The translations under genes were made by a program, and so were the position numbers. From IMG/VR virus record IMGVR_UViG_3300048919_000265: a stretch of 64,000 nucleotides of DNA. One strand, 5' to 3'. This stretch comes from a virus. Position 1 is the stretch's first letter, and every line of letters starts with the position of its first letter. The notes below the pieces were generated by a model. The model ran no database searches and was not told the origin of the DNA. It was given only the letters and a program-made list of their open reading frames with translations. Shown here in pieces: positions 28,519 through 37,646 of the stretch.

Positions 28519-29310
28519 TCATTTAATACTGAATCCACCATCAACTAAATAAAATCCACCAATACAGGATTTAGATAAATCACTAGCTAAGAATAAAATC
28601 ATGTTTGCCACATCTTCAGCCGGAACAGGCACACCTGTGGGTTGTATCTCTTTGATATGCTTCATTACTTCTTCCCGCCCACCATCAACCTTATCATGAT
28701 GTGCATCATTAAACCCTGTATTAACTAGTCCTGGTCCAACCGAATTAACACGAATTCCGTAAGGTGCATTATCTAACCCATCAAACATAGTTTGCTGCCG
28801 ATCTGCACCTTTAGTCATTCCATAACCAACGAGACGTTTCTCTGCTACAATTGCATTCGCAGAACTAACATTAACAATACTACCTGAGCACTCTTTCCGC
28901 ATGTGTGGTAGTACTTCCCGGTTAAGTAAATATCTAGCATAAACGTTTACTTCAAAATGCTTTTTAAAATTTTCAGGACTTAATTCCAAACTATCCCCTG
29001 GAATATTAACTGCTGCATTATTAACAAGAACGTCAATTTTACCTGTAATACCCAACGCCTGTCGAACTATAAGCTCCACAAACTCACTATTCGTAATATC
29101 CCCAACGGTAACAACAATCTTCGCCTCTGGAAACTCACGACTAAGCTCTTCCCATCTATTTACTACCCCTTTGGATACATCAGTTAAAACCAAACCTTCT
29201 ACGCCATACTCCAAGAACTTTCTAGCTGTAGTATAGCCAATACCTTCTGAATTAGCAGCACCTGTGATAATTGCAACCTTACCTTTTAAATCCATTTCTA
29301 AGTCCCTCAA
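28519..29310 (-). CDS. Short-chain dehydrogenase/reductase (classical SDR)
   Basis: GKVAIITGAANSEGIG, VLVNNAA, NVSS, YGMTK (YxxxK), IRVNSVGPG, VDGG. Confidence 0.95.
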   Translation of the reverse strand: MRDLEMDLKGKVAIITGAANSEGIGYTTARKFLEYGVEGLVLTDVSKGVVNRWEELSREFPEAKIVVTVGDITNSEFVELIVRQALGITGKIDVLVNNAAVNIPGDSLELSPENFKKHFEVNVYARYLLNREVLPHMRKECSGSIVNVSSANAIVAEKRLVGYGMTKGADRQQTMFDGLDNAPYGIRVNSVGPGLVNTGFNDAHHDKVDGGREEVMKHIKEIQPTGVPVPAEDVANMILFLASDLSKSCIGGFYLVDGGFSIK

Positions 29311-29341
29311 TTCTATTTTTTTTAATTAATTTGTTGTATCC

Positions 29342-29524
29342 TTAACACCACCAGGGCTTCCACAATTGCTCACCACACCAAGGACAATATTTAATCGTCC
29401 GGGCCTGATCACTGTTAGTCAGACTTAACTCCCATTCATCCCTTAGCTCTATCTTATCGCCATCTATGATAAGTCCCGCCATAAAGTCACATTTATGGTC
29501 ATTTTCCAATTTTATTACCTCCAC
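29342..29524 (-). CDS. Small putative zinc-binding protein (60 aa)
   Basis: HKC...IKYCPWCG; RBS GGAGGT. Confidence 0.65.
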   Translation of the reverse strand: MEVIKLENDHKCDFMAGLIIDGDKIELRDEWELSLTNSDQARTIKYCPWCGEQLWKPWWC

Positions 29525-29553
29525 GTGCCACGCTTGTTAGAATAATTTATTAA

Positions 29554-29862
29554 TTACAAACCCAGCAAGCTGATAAGTATATTTCCATTATTCCAAACTT
29601 TATTAAGTATATCAACGTCTAAAGGAAGATTGGCCAGTCTATAATCTTCTATCAGTCCTAACCCCTTCGACTTTGCGGACAGCTTATCATAGTGAGCTTG
29701 CACCTTGTCCTTGTTTCCCAATTTACAGATGGTAACTCCCAGTTTTCCGTTATACTCATCAACTAAAAACAAGACAGCCGGTTCGGTCAACTCACACAGA
29801 ATGTCATTACTTTTAGAATCTTTCATATACATTGATCCGCAATATTCATAGATTTCGCACAT
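29554..29862 (-). CDS. Hypothetical protein (about 102 aa)
   Basis: Start moved to ATG 29862 (SD GGGGTGG). Confidence 0.65.
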   Translation of the reverse strand: MCEIYEYCGSMYMKDSKSNDILCELTEPAVLFLVDEYNGKLGVTICKLGNKDKVQAHYDKLSAKSKGLGLIEDYRLANLPLDVDILNKVWNNGNILISLLGL

Positions 29863-29887
29863 TGTGCATCCACCCCATGCTCTTCGG

Positions 29888-30109
29888 TCATGATTGCTTA
29901 ACAATATCAATTCTCAAGAAATCGTTATCTGTGTTCCTGCGTCTTTCCACGAACACCCAATCGTCAGACAACTTGGTCCGTAGATGCTCCAACACATCTT
30001 CAAAAATGCCTAGTGCCAGGATTTCCCCATCTCCGAGGGTGTAATCGTGCATTGAGCTAAACCAATATGGTTTAGCTTGTAATACGGCAATCACTTCTTC
30101 AAATGTCAT
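29888..30109 (-). CDS. Hypothetical protein (73 aa)
   Basis: ORF with SD-like GGTGA upstream. Confidence 0.6.
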   Translation of the reverse strand: MTFEEVIAVLQAKPYWFSSMHDYTLGDGEILALGIFEDVLEHLRTKLSDDWVFVERRRNTDNDFLRIDIVKQS

Positions 30110-30187
30110 TCACCATCACCGCAGTTCCTCTAATATAGATACATGCGTTCATATATCGCTTTTCCATTGTAGTGTACGACAACTAGA

Positions 30188-30445
30188 TTAAGACTTCCTC
30201 CCTGAATCCTTATAATCTCCCAAAGAGTGCGTTGAACCCATACTTTTATTTTGCTTATACCAAGCACGTTGCTCTTCCGTTACATGCTTTGGTTTTATCC
30301 CGAAATGCTTTGCAGCCCCTTCAGTGTGAAAATCTAACGAGGGATCTTGTAACTTCTTGAGTAGCTCTTCCGTTACGGGCTTTGCAGCCCCTTCAGTGTG
30401 AAAATCTAATAAGTGGTCTTGTAGTTTCTTGAATTTGTTATCCAT
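30188..30445 (-). CDS. Small protein (85 aa) with internal duplication resembling the PolA fingers/O-helix segment
   Basis: Start ATG 30445 (RBS AGGAGA); DFHTEGAAKHFGIKPKHVTEEQRAWYK. Confidence 0.6.
   Translation of the reverse strand: MDNKFKKLQDHLLDFHTEGAAKPVTEELLKKLQDPSLDFHTEGAAKHFGIKPKHVTEEQRAWYKQNKSMGSTHSLGDYKDSGRKS
30307..30409. repeat. 31-bp perfect direct repeat, 72-bp period (in-frame duplication)
   Basis: GCTTTGCAGCCCCTTCAGTGTGAAAATCTAA at 30307-30337 and 30379-30409; also GCTCTTCCGTTAC at 30271-30283 and 30364-30376. Confidence 0.95.
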
Positions 30446-30534
30446 GTAAATGTCTCCTATCAATTAAATTTCTATACTTATTAAATAGCCTAAACTTAAA
30501 GATAAATCTACTGCTAAACATCAAGATATTAGTC

Positions 30535-30939
30535 CTAATAATATGACTGCCTTTGCCCAGAACTCAGCTCTACATAAATCTTACTCAATGTGGACCACAA
30601 CCCCTCCACATCCCCTGACATTCCAAGCCAAGTTGCACACAAGTCTTCCGAATACGCAGTCCAAATTTCCCAACACTCTTTAAGAGTCAAAAGAACATCA
30701 TGCTTTTCAAACAAATCTGCAATCAGATCGCAATCGCTAATCTCATTCGGCTCAGGCAACCAAAATCCCACAGCTCCCTCCTTAAACACGTACTCTTTAG
30801 GTACACTCTTGGCACCCTTATTCAGTTCTATAACAAGCTCTACTGGAGTGTCAATCTTTAGGTGCCAACCGCTTCCATAGACGTCACCATCCCGACCAAA
30901 TCTCTTACCATATGCTTTTTGAAATCTTTGTTGAATCAT
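30535..30939 (-). CDS. Hypothetical protein
   Basis: Start moved to ATG 30939 (RBS GGAGGG). Confidence 0.7.
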   Translation of the reverse strand: MIQQRFQKAYGKRFGRDGDVYGSGWHLKIDTPVELVIELNKGAKSVPKEYVFKEGAVGFWLPEPNEISDCDLIADLFEKHDVLLTLKECWEIWTAYSEDLCATWLGMSGDVEGLWSTLSKIYVELSSGQRQSYY

Positions 30940-31005
30940 GTTCAACCCTCCAATATGTAGTGTTGCAGTCAAACCCAGCCTATCTTTTATTCAACTTGAA
31001 ATAAG

Positions 31006-31034
31006 GTGGGGACCTTTTAACTTTAGGTCCCCAC
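31006..31034 (-). terminator. Intrinsic terminator after the permease
   Basis: GTGGGGACCT-9 nt-AGGTCCCCAC perfect 10-bp stem with T-rich flanks. Confidence 0.75.
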
Positions 31035-31045
31035 TTTTAGGATTA

Positions 31046-32410
31046 CTAAACTTCTTCGATAACAGGAACCGCAGAAGAGAAATGTTTACGACGTGCTAGC
31101 AACACAACAATACCCAGCACCAACCAAATTAATCCAATAACCCATGTAAGATGATCGAATCCAGTAAACACATAAGCAATAATTCCTGCACCAATAGCCG
31201 GAAATAATCCATAAATAAGCAATGATTTCAGATCATACTGTTTCTTCTTAATCACAAAATACCAGATAACCGAAACATTCAACAAGAAATATGTCGACAT
31301 AGCGCCAAAATTAACAAGTCTAGAAAGAGTTTCTAAACTCAACAAGAAGGCAATAAAGATACTTAAAACTCCTACAAAAACTGTAGCATTAACAGGTGTC
31401 TTTGTCTTTTCGTTAACTTGTTTAAAGAATCCAGAAAAAGGAATGGCATTATCCCGACCCATAGCGAATAGTACTCGAGAAATCGCAGACAATACCGGAA
31501 TAGCATTAGCGATACCAACAAACAAGACACAAGCTCCAATTACTGTTGTATAAAATCCATGACCGCCTACAATTTTCATTACATCAAAATATCCCATATC
31601 AGGGCTAAGCGTTGTATAATCAGGGTGAACCAAGCTTGCGAAATATGACTGAGTCATGAAGATACAAACAATGCAAACAAGACTCAGCAATACCGCCTTA
31701 CCTACGCTCTTAGCTGCTTTCTTCGCTTCCTCACTTTGTGTTGCAATACTATCAAAGCCAATAAATCCTAGCAATCCTACCGAACATCCTTGTGCAATAG
31801 CATGGAAACTGAATGTATCTGCATTGAAAAACGGTTTCAAACTAAACGCTCCCAATCCAACTCCATCAACCAATACAGCTTTTGCTGCCAGCACAGCAAA
31901 CAACGCAATCATTGCCAACTGTCCATACAGGAACGTATAATTAACCCACTTCCAGATATTGCCGCCTCTTGCAACAACCACTGTAATGATCAAAGTAAAA
32001 AGAAGAATCACGATCCAAGCTGGAAAGTTCGGTGCAATTGCAGCTAACCAAGTGGTAGAAAACTTAACAAGCATACCCGGAATAATACTATAATCCATCA
32101 AAATCAACCAACCCGCTAAAAATCCAATACTAGCATGCATAGCTCTTTGCACATAACTATAAGAAGAGCCTGCAACTGGAAACTCTGATGACATCCATTT
32201 ATAACTAAGTGCAGTAAATAACATTGCACAACCACAAATCAAATAAACCAGTGTAGCATGACCTTGACTCAAAACCTGTGCAGAAGCCCAAACCTGCGTA
32301 GGTGCAAAAGGAAACATACAAAGCAACCCAAACATAACTAGCATACCAACCGTCAAATCACGGGACAACTCCTGCTTATACCCGCTACCTACTACTACCT
32401 TCTCTTCCAC
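31046..32410 (-). CDS. APC-family amino acid/polyamine permease (PuuP/PlaP-like)
   Basis: About 12 TMs; PVAGSSYSYV, GFLAGWLILMDY, FIGFDSIATQSEEAK, SRVLFAMGRD. Confidence 0.92.
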   Translation of the reverse strand: MEEKVVVGSGYKQELSRDLTVGMLVMFGLLCMFPFAPTQVWASAQVLSQGHATLVYLICGCAMLFTALSYKWMSSEFPVAGSSYSYVQRAMHASIGFLAGWLILMDYSIIPGMLVKFSTTWLAAIAPNFPAWIVILLFTLIITVVVARGGNIWKWVNYTFLYGQLAMIALFAVLAAKAVLVDGVGLGAFSLKPFFNADTFSFHAIAQGCSVGLLGFIGFDSIATQSEEAKKAAKSVGKAVLLSLVCIVCIFMTQSYFASLVHPDYTTLSPDMGYFDVMKIVGGHGFYTTVIGACVLFVGIANAIPVLSAISRVLFAMGRDNAIPFSGFFKQVNEKTKTPVNATVFVGVLSIFIAFLLSLETLSRLVNFGAMSTYFLLNVSVIWYFVIKKKQYDLKSLLIYGLFPAIGAGIIAYVFTGFDHLTWVIGLIWLVLGIVVLLARRKHFSSAVPVIEEV

Positions 32411-32518
32411 CTAAATCCCTCACTTTATTAGTTTTTATCTAGTTATTAACCCTTTTAATCCTTTTTAATCAAACCTCATGCATTTCCCCCTACTCCAGAA
32501 TAAGCCATAAAACAACCA

Positions 32519-32953
32519 TCAACCAAGAGTATTACGAGCATCCCTACTCAACTGAATCAACCCTATCGCCTTAATCAGAGCTAATTCATGTTTATTATTC
32601 CAATCTTGCACGCTATTACAAATAAATTCCTTATCCTTCTTCTCTAGCCTAGTAGGTAAGGTTAATTCCTCATCCAAACGTCCATACTCTGATCCTACAG
32701 TAAAGAAAAATTCCAAATCCTCTCCTCGAGACTTTGCTTTAGAAGAAGCGAGCGCAACTAACTTATTAGCAACTTCCCTATCCCAAGTGGCACAAATAGC
32801 ACCACTAATTAATCCTAATGGCAGACTATGTAACCAAACAATATAAAGTATTCCAGAACGGATCTTGGAAACATCTATGCTATTCTCGGATGTAATATTG
32901 CTAGTTTCATCTGATCCCTGTCCTGAATTAGTCTTAGTTATATAGGACTTCAT
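32519..32953 (-). CDS. Hypothetical protein (144 aa)
   Basis: ORF in operon. Confidence 0.65.
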   Translation of the reverse strand: MKSYITKTNSGQGSDETSNITSENSIDVSKIRSGILYIVWLHSLPLGLISGAICATWDREVANKLVALASSKAKSRGEDLEFFFTVGSEYGRLDEELTLPTRLEKKDKEFICNSVQDWNNKHELALIKAIGLIQLSRDARNTLG

Positions 32954-32975
32954 CAGTGCATCCTTTCAAAACTAG

Positions 32976-33485
32976 TTAGCGATTTGAGTACTTACGAATA
33001 AAATCAATCACCGTAAGATCTCTGTCAGCTCCAAATATAACTTTATCCATTTCAACCGCCAGTTTATTCTTAAGAGAATCATATATACTTCCTAGCATAC
33101 CACTTGGATCCTCTTCAAGCTGTTGATAATACGCAGACTTTAACATCTCAACGTCAGAAATTGCAGACTTGCTGCCAGCCTCAATTTCTGATAGTACACA
33201 CAAACTCTTACTTGTCTGTATGAAATAGGTGCCTGTGGTTTCGTCTTTCGAGATAGCGCAGGCCTCCGTAAAGATCACATTCATATTATGCATGGCTACT
33301 ATTACTTCTCCATCAGAAGTCGCAACAATGTTCTCCACTTCTTTGATGTTATCAGAGTACGCAAGAGAAATAAGAGTATTCTCATCCGAGATTCCTTTCT
33401 TAAACTCTTCAAATGTAACCTCTTTAATTTTCGGACTACCTTTAAATACAAGCCCCATCTTCTCAAAATTATTCATTTCTTTCAT
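32976..33485 (-). CDS. Hypothetical protein (169 aa)
   Basis: RBS GGGAGGTG. Confidence 0.75.
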   Translation of the reverse strand: MKEMNNFEKMGLVFKGSPKIKEVTFEEFKKGISDENTLISLAYSDNIKEVENIVATSDGEVIVAMHNMNVIFTEACAISKDETTGTYFIQTSKSLCVLSEIEAGSKSAISDVEMLKSAYYQQLEEDPSGMLGSIYDSLKNKLAVEMDKVIFGADRDLTVIDFIRKYSNR

Positions 33486-33517
33486 AGTATCACCTCCCTA
33501 AGTTAATAACTCCATAA

Positions 33518-33539
33518 AGTGGAGAAACGTTTCTCCACT
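33518..33539. repeat. Perfect 22-bp palindrome (terminator or operator)
   Basis: AGTGGAGAAACGTTTCTCCACT, intergenic. Confidence 0.85.
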
Positions 33540-33638
33540 CAAGCAATAATTAACTTTTCTTTCTTCCCATCATAAAACTTATTACGCAAATAATTATGAG
33601 TGCCACAAACCCCAACTTATCTGATAAATTATCAAACA

Positions 33639-33992
33639 TTACACGACCGACAATCTAAGAAAGTTCATCAACACTGAACTATCCTTTAAGTTTAATTGTC
33701 TTCCATCCTCATGCCACAGCGTTATTTTATACCCTAAACTAGCCATTAACAATAAACTATCAAGGGTTAAGTTCAACAACCCTATCTGCTCAACCTCATC
33801 ATTCAATTCTACATAAAGAGGAACACTAGTCTCCGCAGGGGTTTCTCGTTCTTGTAAAAATAATATTTCCTCTTTAATGCTGACACCAGAAATAACTACA
33901 CTAGGTCTCAAGATTGGACGACTTTTATCAACCGTGACTTCGAGTTCATCCTCAAAAAGTACAATCTCTTCAACCTCTATTAGATTATCCAT
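33639..33992 (-). CDS. Hypothetical protein
   Basis: Start moved to ATG 33992, coupled to the upstream stop. Confidence 0.7.
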   Translation of the reverse strand: MDNLIEVEEIVLFEDELEVTVDKSRPILRPSVVISGVSIKEEILFLQERETPAETSVPLYVELNDEVEQIGLLNLTLDSLLLMASLGYKITLWHEDGRQLNLKDSSVLMNFLRLSVV

Positions 33993-34815
33993 AAATATAA
34001 TCACCTGCTACGAGGAGTATATCTTCATTCCCAATAACAAATAAGTTTGCTCCGAAATTACTCAACAGCGTAGTAACATCACTCATCTCTGACTGTGTAA
34101 ATAGCAAAGTCCTATAATTAACTTTCTCATACTCGAACTCTTTAAACATGCTTCGTTTAACTACTTTGCCTTCCTTCAGATCTTTCATGACATTGTCAAT
34201 AAATTCATCAATCCGTTGTTGTGAATCTGAAGGCGACAACGGATAAAAATATCTAGAGCCATTAAGCTCGAAAACTCCATGTACTTTAGGTGTAACCCAA
34301 TTAGGTATATTGGTTATCTCAACTGGAACAATAGTAATTCCACATTGCTTCTGGTAATCATTAATAATTTCAGAAACGCGACCTGATGTGTCTTTAACTT
34401 CAATGCCTGGAAGAGGTTTAACTGTGCTCTTCTTGAGCTGCATTACCTTTATATCTTTTCCACTCTCGGCTTTAATGCCTAAGCTATCAAATAGATTACT
34501 AACTCTAAAATCATTAACCGCACTTGCCTTTTCAACCTTGATTACGAGTTCATCTCCCAAATAAGACACTGGTGTTTCAGAAACTACTTCTTTAACAACT
34601 GGAGGTTTAACCTCTTGTACAACAGGACTTGCTTTTTCTACTACAACTTCCTCTAATACCTCAGTTGAAGTATCTGCCTCACTAACCACTGCGGACCCGG
34701 GAATCTGATTACGCACAACTTCTAGTGCAGCACCTTCACTCTCGGGTTCTTTGGCAGTAGTAGCAGGAAAAGAACTCATTTCACTAAACATTCCTACGCG
34801 GTCGGACAAACTCAT
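33985..34815 (-). CDS. Hypothetical protein with low-complexity N-terminus (276 aa)
   Basis: ATGA-type coupling; E/V/P-rich N-half. Confidence 0.8.
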   Translation of the reverse strand: MSLSDRVGMFSEMSSFPATTAKEPESEGAALEVVRNQIPGSAVVSEADTSTEVLEEVVVEKASPVVQEVKPPVVKEVVSETPVSYLGDELVIKVEKASAVNDFRVSNLFDSLGIKAESGKDIKVMQLKKSTVKPLPGIEVKDTSGRVSEIINDYQKQCGITIVPVEITNIPNWVTPKVHGVFELNGSRYFYPLSPSDSQQRIDEFIDNVMKDLKEGKVVKRSMFKEFEYEKVNYRTLLFTQSEMSDVTTLLSNFGANLFVIGNEDILLVAGDYIYG

Positions 34816-35516
34816 AACGCATCCTCCTCAAAAAACTGCACATTCTTTGCAGCCCTCAAATCATTAAGTTCTACCATCTTTGACATGCGATCCCCCATAT
34901 ACTGCAGTGAAATCGTTCTTCCCCACGGAAAGAAAAACATCAAATATCGTAAGCCTTCAAAAACTCCACTAATTAATTCCGCACTCGTACGACTATACTG
35001 CTGCGCGTGAAGTATATTAACCTGTCTATTCATTTGAACAAACGCAAACCCCCGCACTACGTTCAACAACACATATGAAACTATTCCGTAAAATATTGTA
35101 TAAAAACTATAATTCATAGAAGCTGATTCGCCAAACACAGCATTGATCATAGGTGTGAATATTTCAATCCCCATCAGTGGGGTAAAACCAATAAAGATCA
35201 AAAGGGATGTAATGAGTCCACCCACCAATGTAATTAATCCCAAGACTGGAGTAAACATCGAGTACTCATTGTAAATTGGCAAGTACCGTGCCCACACACC
35301 GCTCGACTCCTCGTGCAATTCCAAATACAGCCTCTGTACTCGAGGCATCACATAAAATTGTTGCCCAAGAAACCAAGCAATTCCTATCCATAAAGGATTA
35401 ATATACTCATTAAATCCATATATAACAATCACAGAAATTAAAAACATCACAAAATAAAGTGCTACATAAATATTATTCTTATCTTTTTTATTCATGCCAC
35501 GAGATTTACTAGACAC
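34812..35516 (-). CDS. Polytopic membrane protein (234 aa)
   Basis: 4-5 hydrophobic segments. Confidence 0.8.
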   Translation of the reverse strand: MSSKSRGMNKKDKNNIYVALYFVMFLISVIVIYGFNEYINPLWIGIAWFLGQQFYVMPRVQRLYLELHEESSGVWARYLPIYNEYSMFTPVLGLITLVGGLITSLLIFIGFTPLMGIEIFTPMINAVFGESASMNYSFYTIFYGIVSYVLLNVVRGFAFVQMNRQVNILHAQQYSRTSAELISGVFEGLRYLMFFFPWGRTISLQYMGDRMSKMVELNDLRAAKNVQFFEEDAL

Positions 35517-35518
35517 TA

Positions 35519-36712
35519 CTATTCAACCCCCTCAAAATAAAACATTACCTCATTAAAGAATCTTGTAACCGTCTTTTTATCTCCATCATGCCATAGACGC
35601 TTAATGGCAAAATTATAAGCCTTCTTTACTTTATCTGCCTCAAAATTCCGCATAGCCTGCATTACTTGCTGATACAGTTCTTCATTAAGTTCTTCATCAT
35701 CCTCCATAATTTTGACAAATTTATCTCCAAAAATCATTGCCGACATTGTCATAAAACTTTCTCTAAATTGAGGCATGATCTCTGTCAATCTTGTAAAAGC
35801 CTCTAATGCATCGGCCACTACAACCGCTTGTTCTGCATTATTATAATCCACCATATCTCCAACAAGGGGTATACTACTTTCGATAGATAGTTGCTTTTCT
35901 TCTACCTCAATAGAATTTTGCTCCTGGGTCTCTTCCGACTTATCCTCAGTAGATTCCTTTGCCTCTAATTTTATCTCCTCAATAGATGACTCCTGTTCGG
36001 TTACGCCTATGAGCTGTTCGTCCTCTGTTTCTTTTATGTTTGTCGAATCTGCAGTTACCTCTTCCCTACTTTCGCTAGGGGTTTGATTTCTCTCATCACC
36101 CACATTTGAAACATTATTGGTTTCTTCGAACTCTTTCAAATCGCTCTCACTAGTGGTTTCTTTCGTTTTAATATCTTCCTCAGCTATTACCATTTCTTCT
36201 GCGAGAATCTCAGGTCCTCCACTCTTATTAGCAACAAATGATGGTGCCATAAACACTTCTTCTTCCTCTGAGTCATCAATATCCCACAACGAAAGATCAC
36301 TCATAAGAGATGTAGAATCTGCACTGTCAGGAGATACAGTTTCTTCTTCAACTACTGTTGACTCTTCTGTACCTCCTCCTAGCCCAAATGCTTGTAAAAC
36401 CCCATCAACACTTCCGGCGTACTTAAACAACTCTGCCGTGAAAGTAGTTCCATTTTGTGAGGCCAACAATCCCACCACTTTATGTGGGATCTGCCTAAAC
36501 AAGTTCTCAAACTTATTAATCTCCGCAATATTCCCACTATCGGGAACATACTGCGCGCGCAAATCATCTTTATTAGCAACCGGGAAATACAGATAATAAC
36601 CGCTCAACTCTTCTACGGCTGAACCGCAATCCTCAATAAAAATATAATCCAAATCCTCATCTTTACTTTTGTGCAAAGTCAAAAACTTCTTTGCATACTC
36701 CACAATACCCAT
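35519..36712 (-). CDS. Hypothetical acidic protein with a long E/S/T-rich linker (397 aa)
   Basis: Composition; RBS GGAGGG. Confidence 0.8.
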   Translation of the reverse strand: MGIVEYAKKFLTLHKSKDEDLDYIFIEDCGSAVEELSGYYLYFPVANKDDLRAQYVPDSGNIAEINKFENLFRQIPHKVVGLLASQNGTTFTAELFKYAGSVDGVLQAFGLGGGTEESTVVEEETVSPDSADSTSLMSDLSLWDIDDSEEEEVFMAPSFVANKSGGPEILAEEMVIAEEDIKTKETTSESDLKEFEETNNVSNVGDERNQTPSESREEVTADSTNIKETEDEQLIGVTEQESSIEEIKLEAKESTEDKSEETQEQNSIEVEEKQLSIESSIPLVGDMVDYNNAEQAVVVADALEAFTRLTEIMPQFRESFMTMSAMIFGDKFVKIMEDDEELNEELYQQVMQAMRNFEADKVKKAYNFAIKRLWHDGDKKTVTRFFNEVMFYFEGVE

Positions 36713-36722
36713 AATTACCCTC

Positions 36723-37646
36723 CTAATGTTCAGAAAGCCGCAGCAACTGGATCAATCCTGTTAGAGTTGCACCCTTCTCCAACTCCCTTTTATATACGTT
36801 TGATAAGTACCATAATTTTTCATAAGACACCATTGAAAACGAATTAATTATTTTCTTTAATAAATACTCACTAATATTTTTCATTTCTGACTTATTAACC
36901 TCATAAAAATTCAGGTAATTCTCTAAAGATAAATTACCTTCCATTAATTTATCATACACATATAAATATGAGTCAAACCTCTTAACTATAAATTTAAATA
37001 TGAAATCAGCCCCGTAACGGTAATTCTCCAGCAAGGAAGCTATCTTAGCAGGAGTAGCAGACTTACTATTACCCCACCGGTCTGATTTTCTTTCCACCCC
37101 TATGATATAATCAAACAACGAATTGAAAGAAATATCAGCTGACTTCCTAGTGTACTTCTTAATACTATCCCTAGAAATATCATCTAGATTACGTAAGATT
37201 TCAACGCTCTCAGTCACCTGTGGTAAATAATAATTATGGCGTTTGGCTATATATTCGGCTATATCCCGAGACACAGAAAGTTCCCGCATAACATAAGAGA
37301 CAATCGTCTTGTTATCAGGATTTAGGTTATTTACAACGTTATGGACTATCCCATTAATTGTAAACAACCTAGACACCTCAGCCAACGCATCTGCACTACG
37401 AACAATTATGACATTTAAATTTTCAGGAATATCAAAATCCTTCATAATTTGCGGCGTATAGTCTCTTAAAAAGAACAAAATCAACCACCCTTCTTTTAAT
37501 AGAGGCGGTGATTTTGCAATCTTCTTAATATCGTGTATGTTATTACTATTCACTGAAATTTGGCTCGTTCTGGGAAATCTAGAGCGAACCTTGTCTATAA
37601 AACTACCAATAGGATAGTTATAATCCTCAGCTAATATAATATTCAA
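36723..37646 (-). CDS. Putative clamp-loader delta (HolA-like) subunit
   Basis: 307 aa; SPPLLKEGWLILF (cf. PFFxxRLV), IAEYIAKR...VTESVEILR..DDISRDSIKKY...ISFNSLFDYI follows the HolA helical pattern. Confidence 0.5.
   Translation of the reverse strand: MNIILAEDYNYPIGSFIDKVRSRFPRTSQISVNSNNIHDIKKIAKSPPLLKEGWLILFFLRDYTPQIMKDFDIPENLNVIIVRSADALAEVSRLFTINGIVHNVVNNLNPDNKTIVSYVMRELSVSRDIAEYIAKRHNYYLPQVTESVEILRNLDDISRDSIKKYTRKSADISFNSLFDYIIGVERKSDRWGNSKSATPAKIASLLENYRYGADFIFKFIVKRFDSYLYVYDKLMEGNLSLENYLNFYEVNKSEMKNISEYLLKKIINSFSMVSYEKLWYLSNVYKRELEKGATLTGLIQLLRLSEH

Noticed and set aside
30111-30160. 22-codon ORF (MEKRYMNAC...) in the gap between small genes
   Set aside because: No RBS at a usable spacing and too short to support.
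30271-30409. Direct repeats as a possible mini-CRISPR or att site
   Set aside because: Only two copies, in frame inside a coding sequence (72-bp period), with no cas genes or spacer series.
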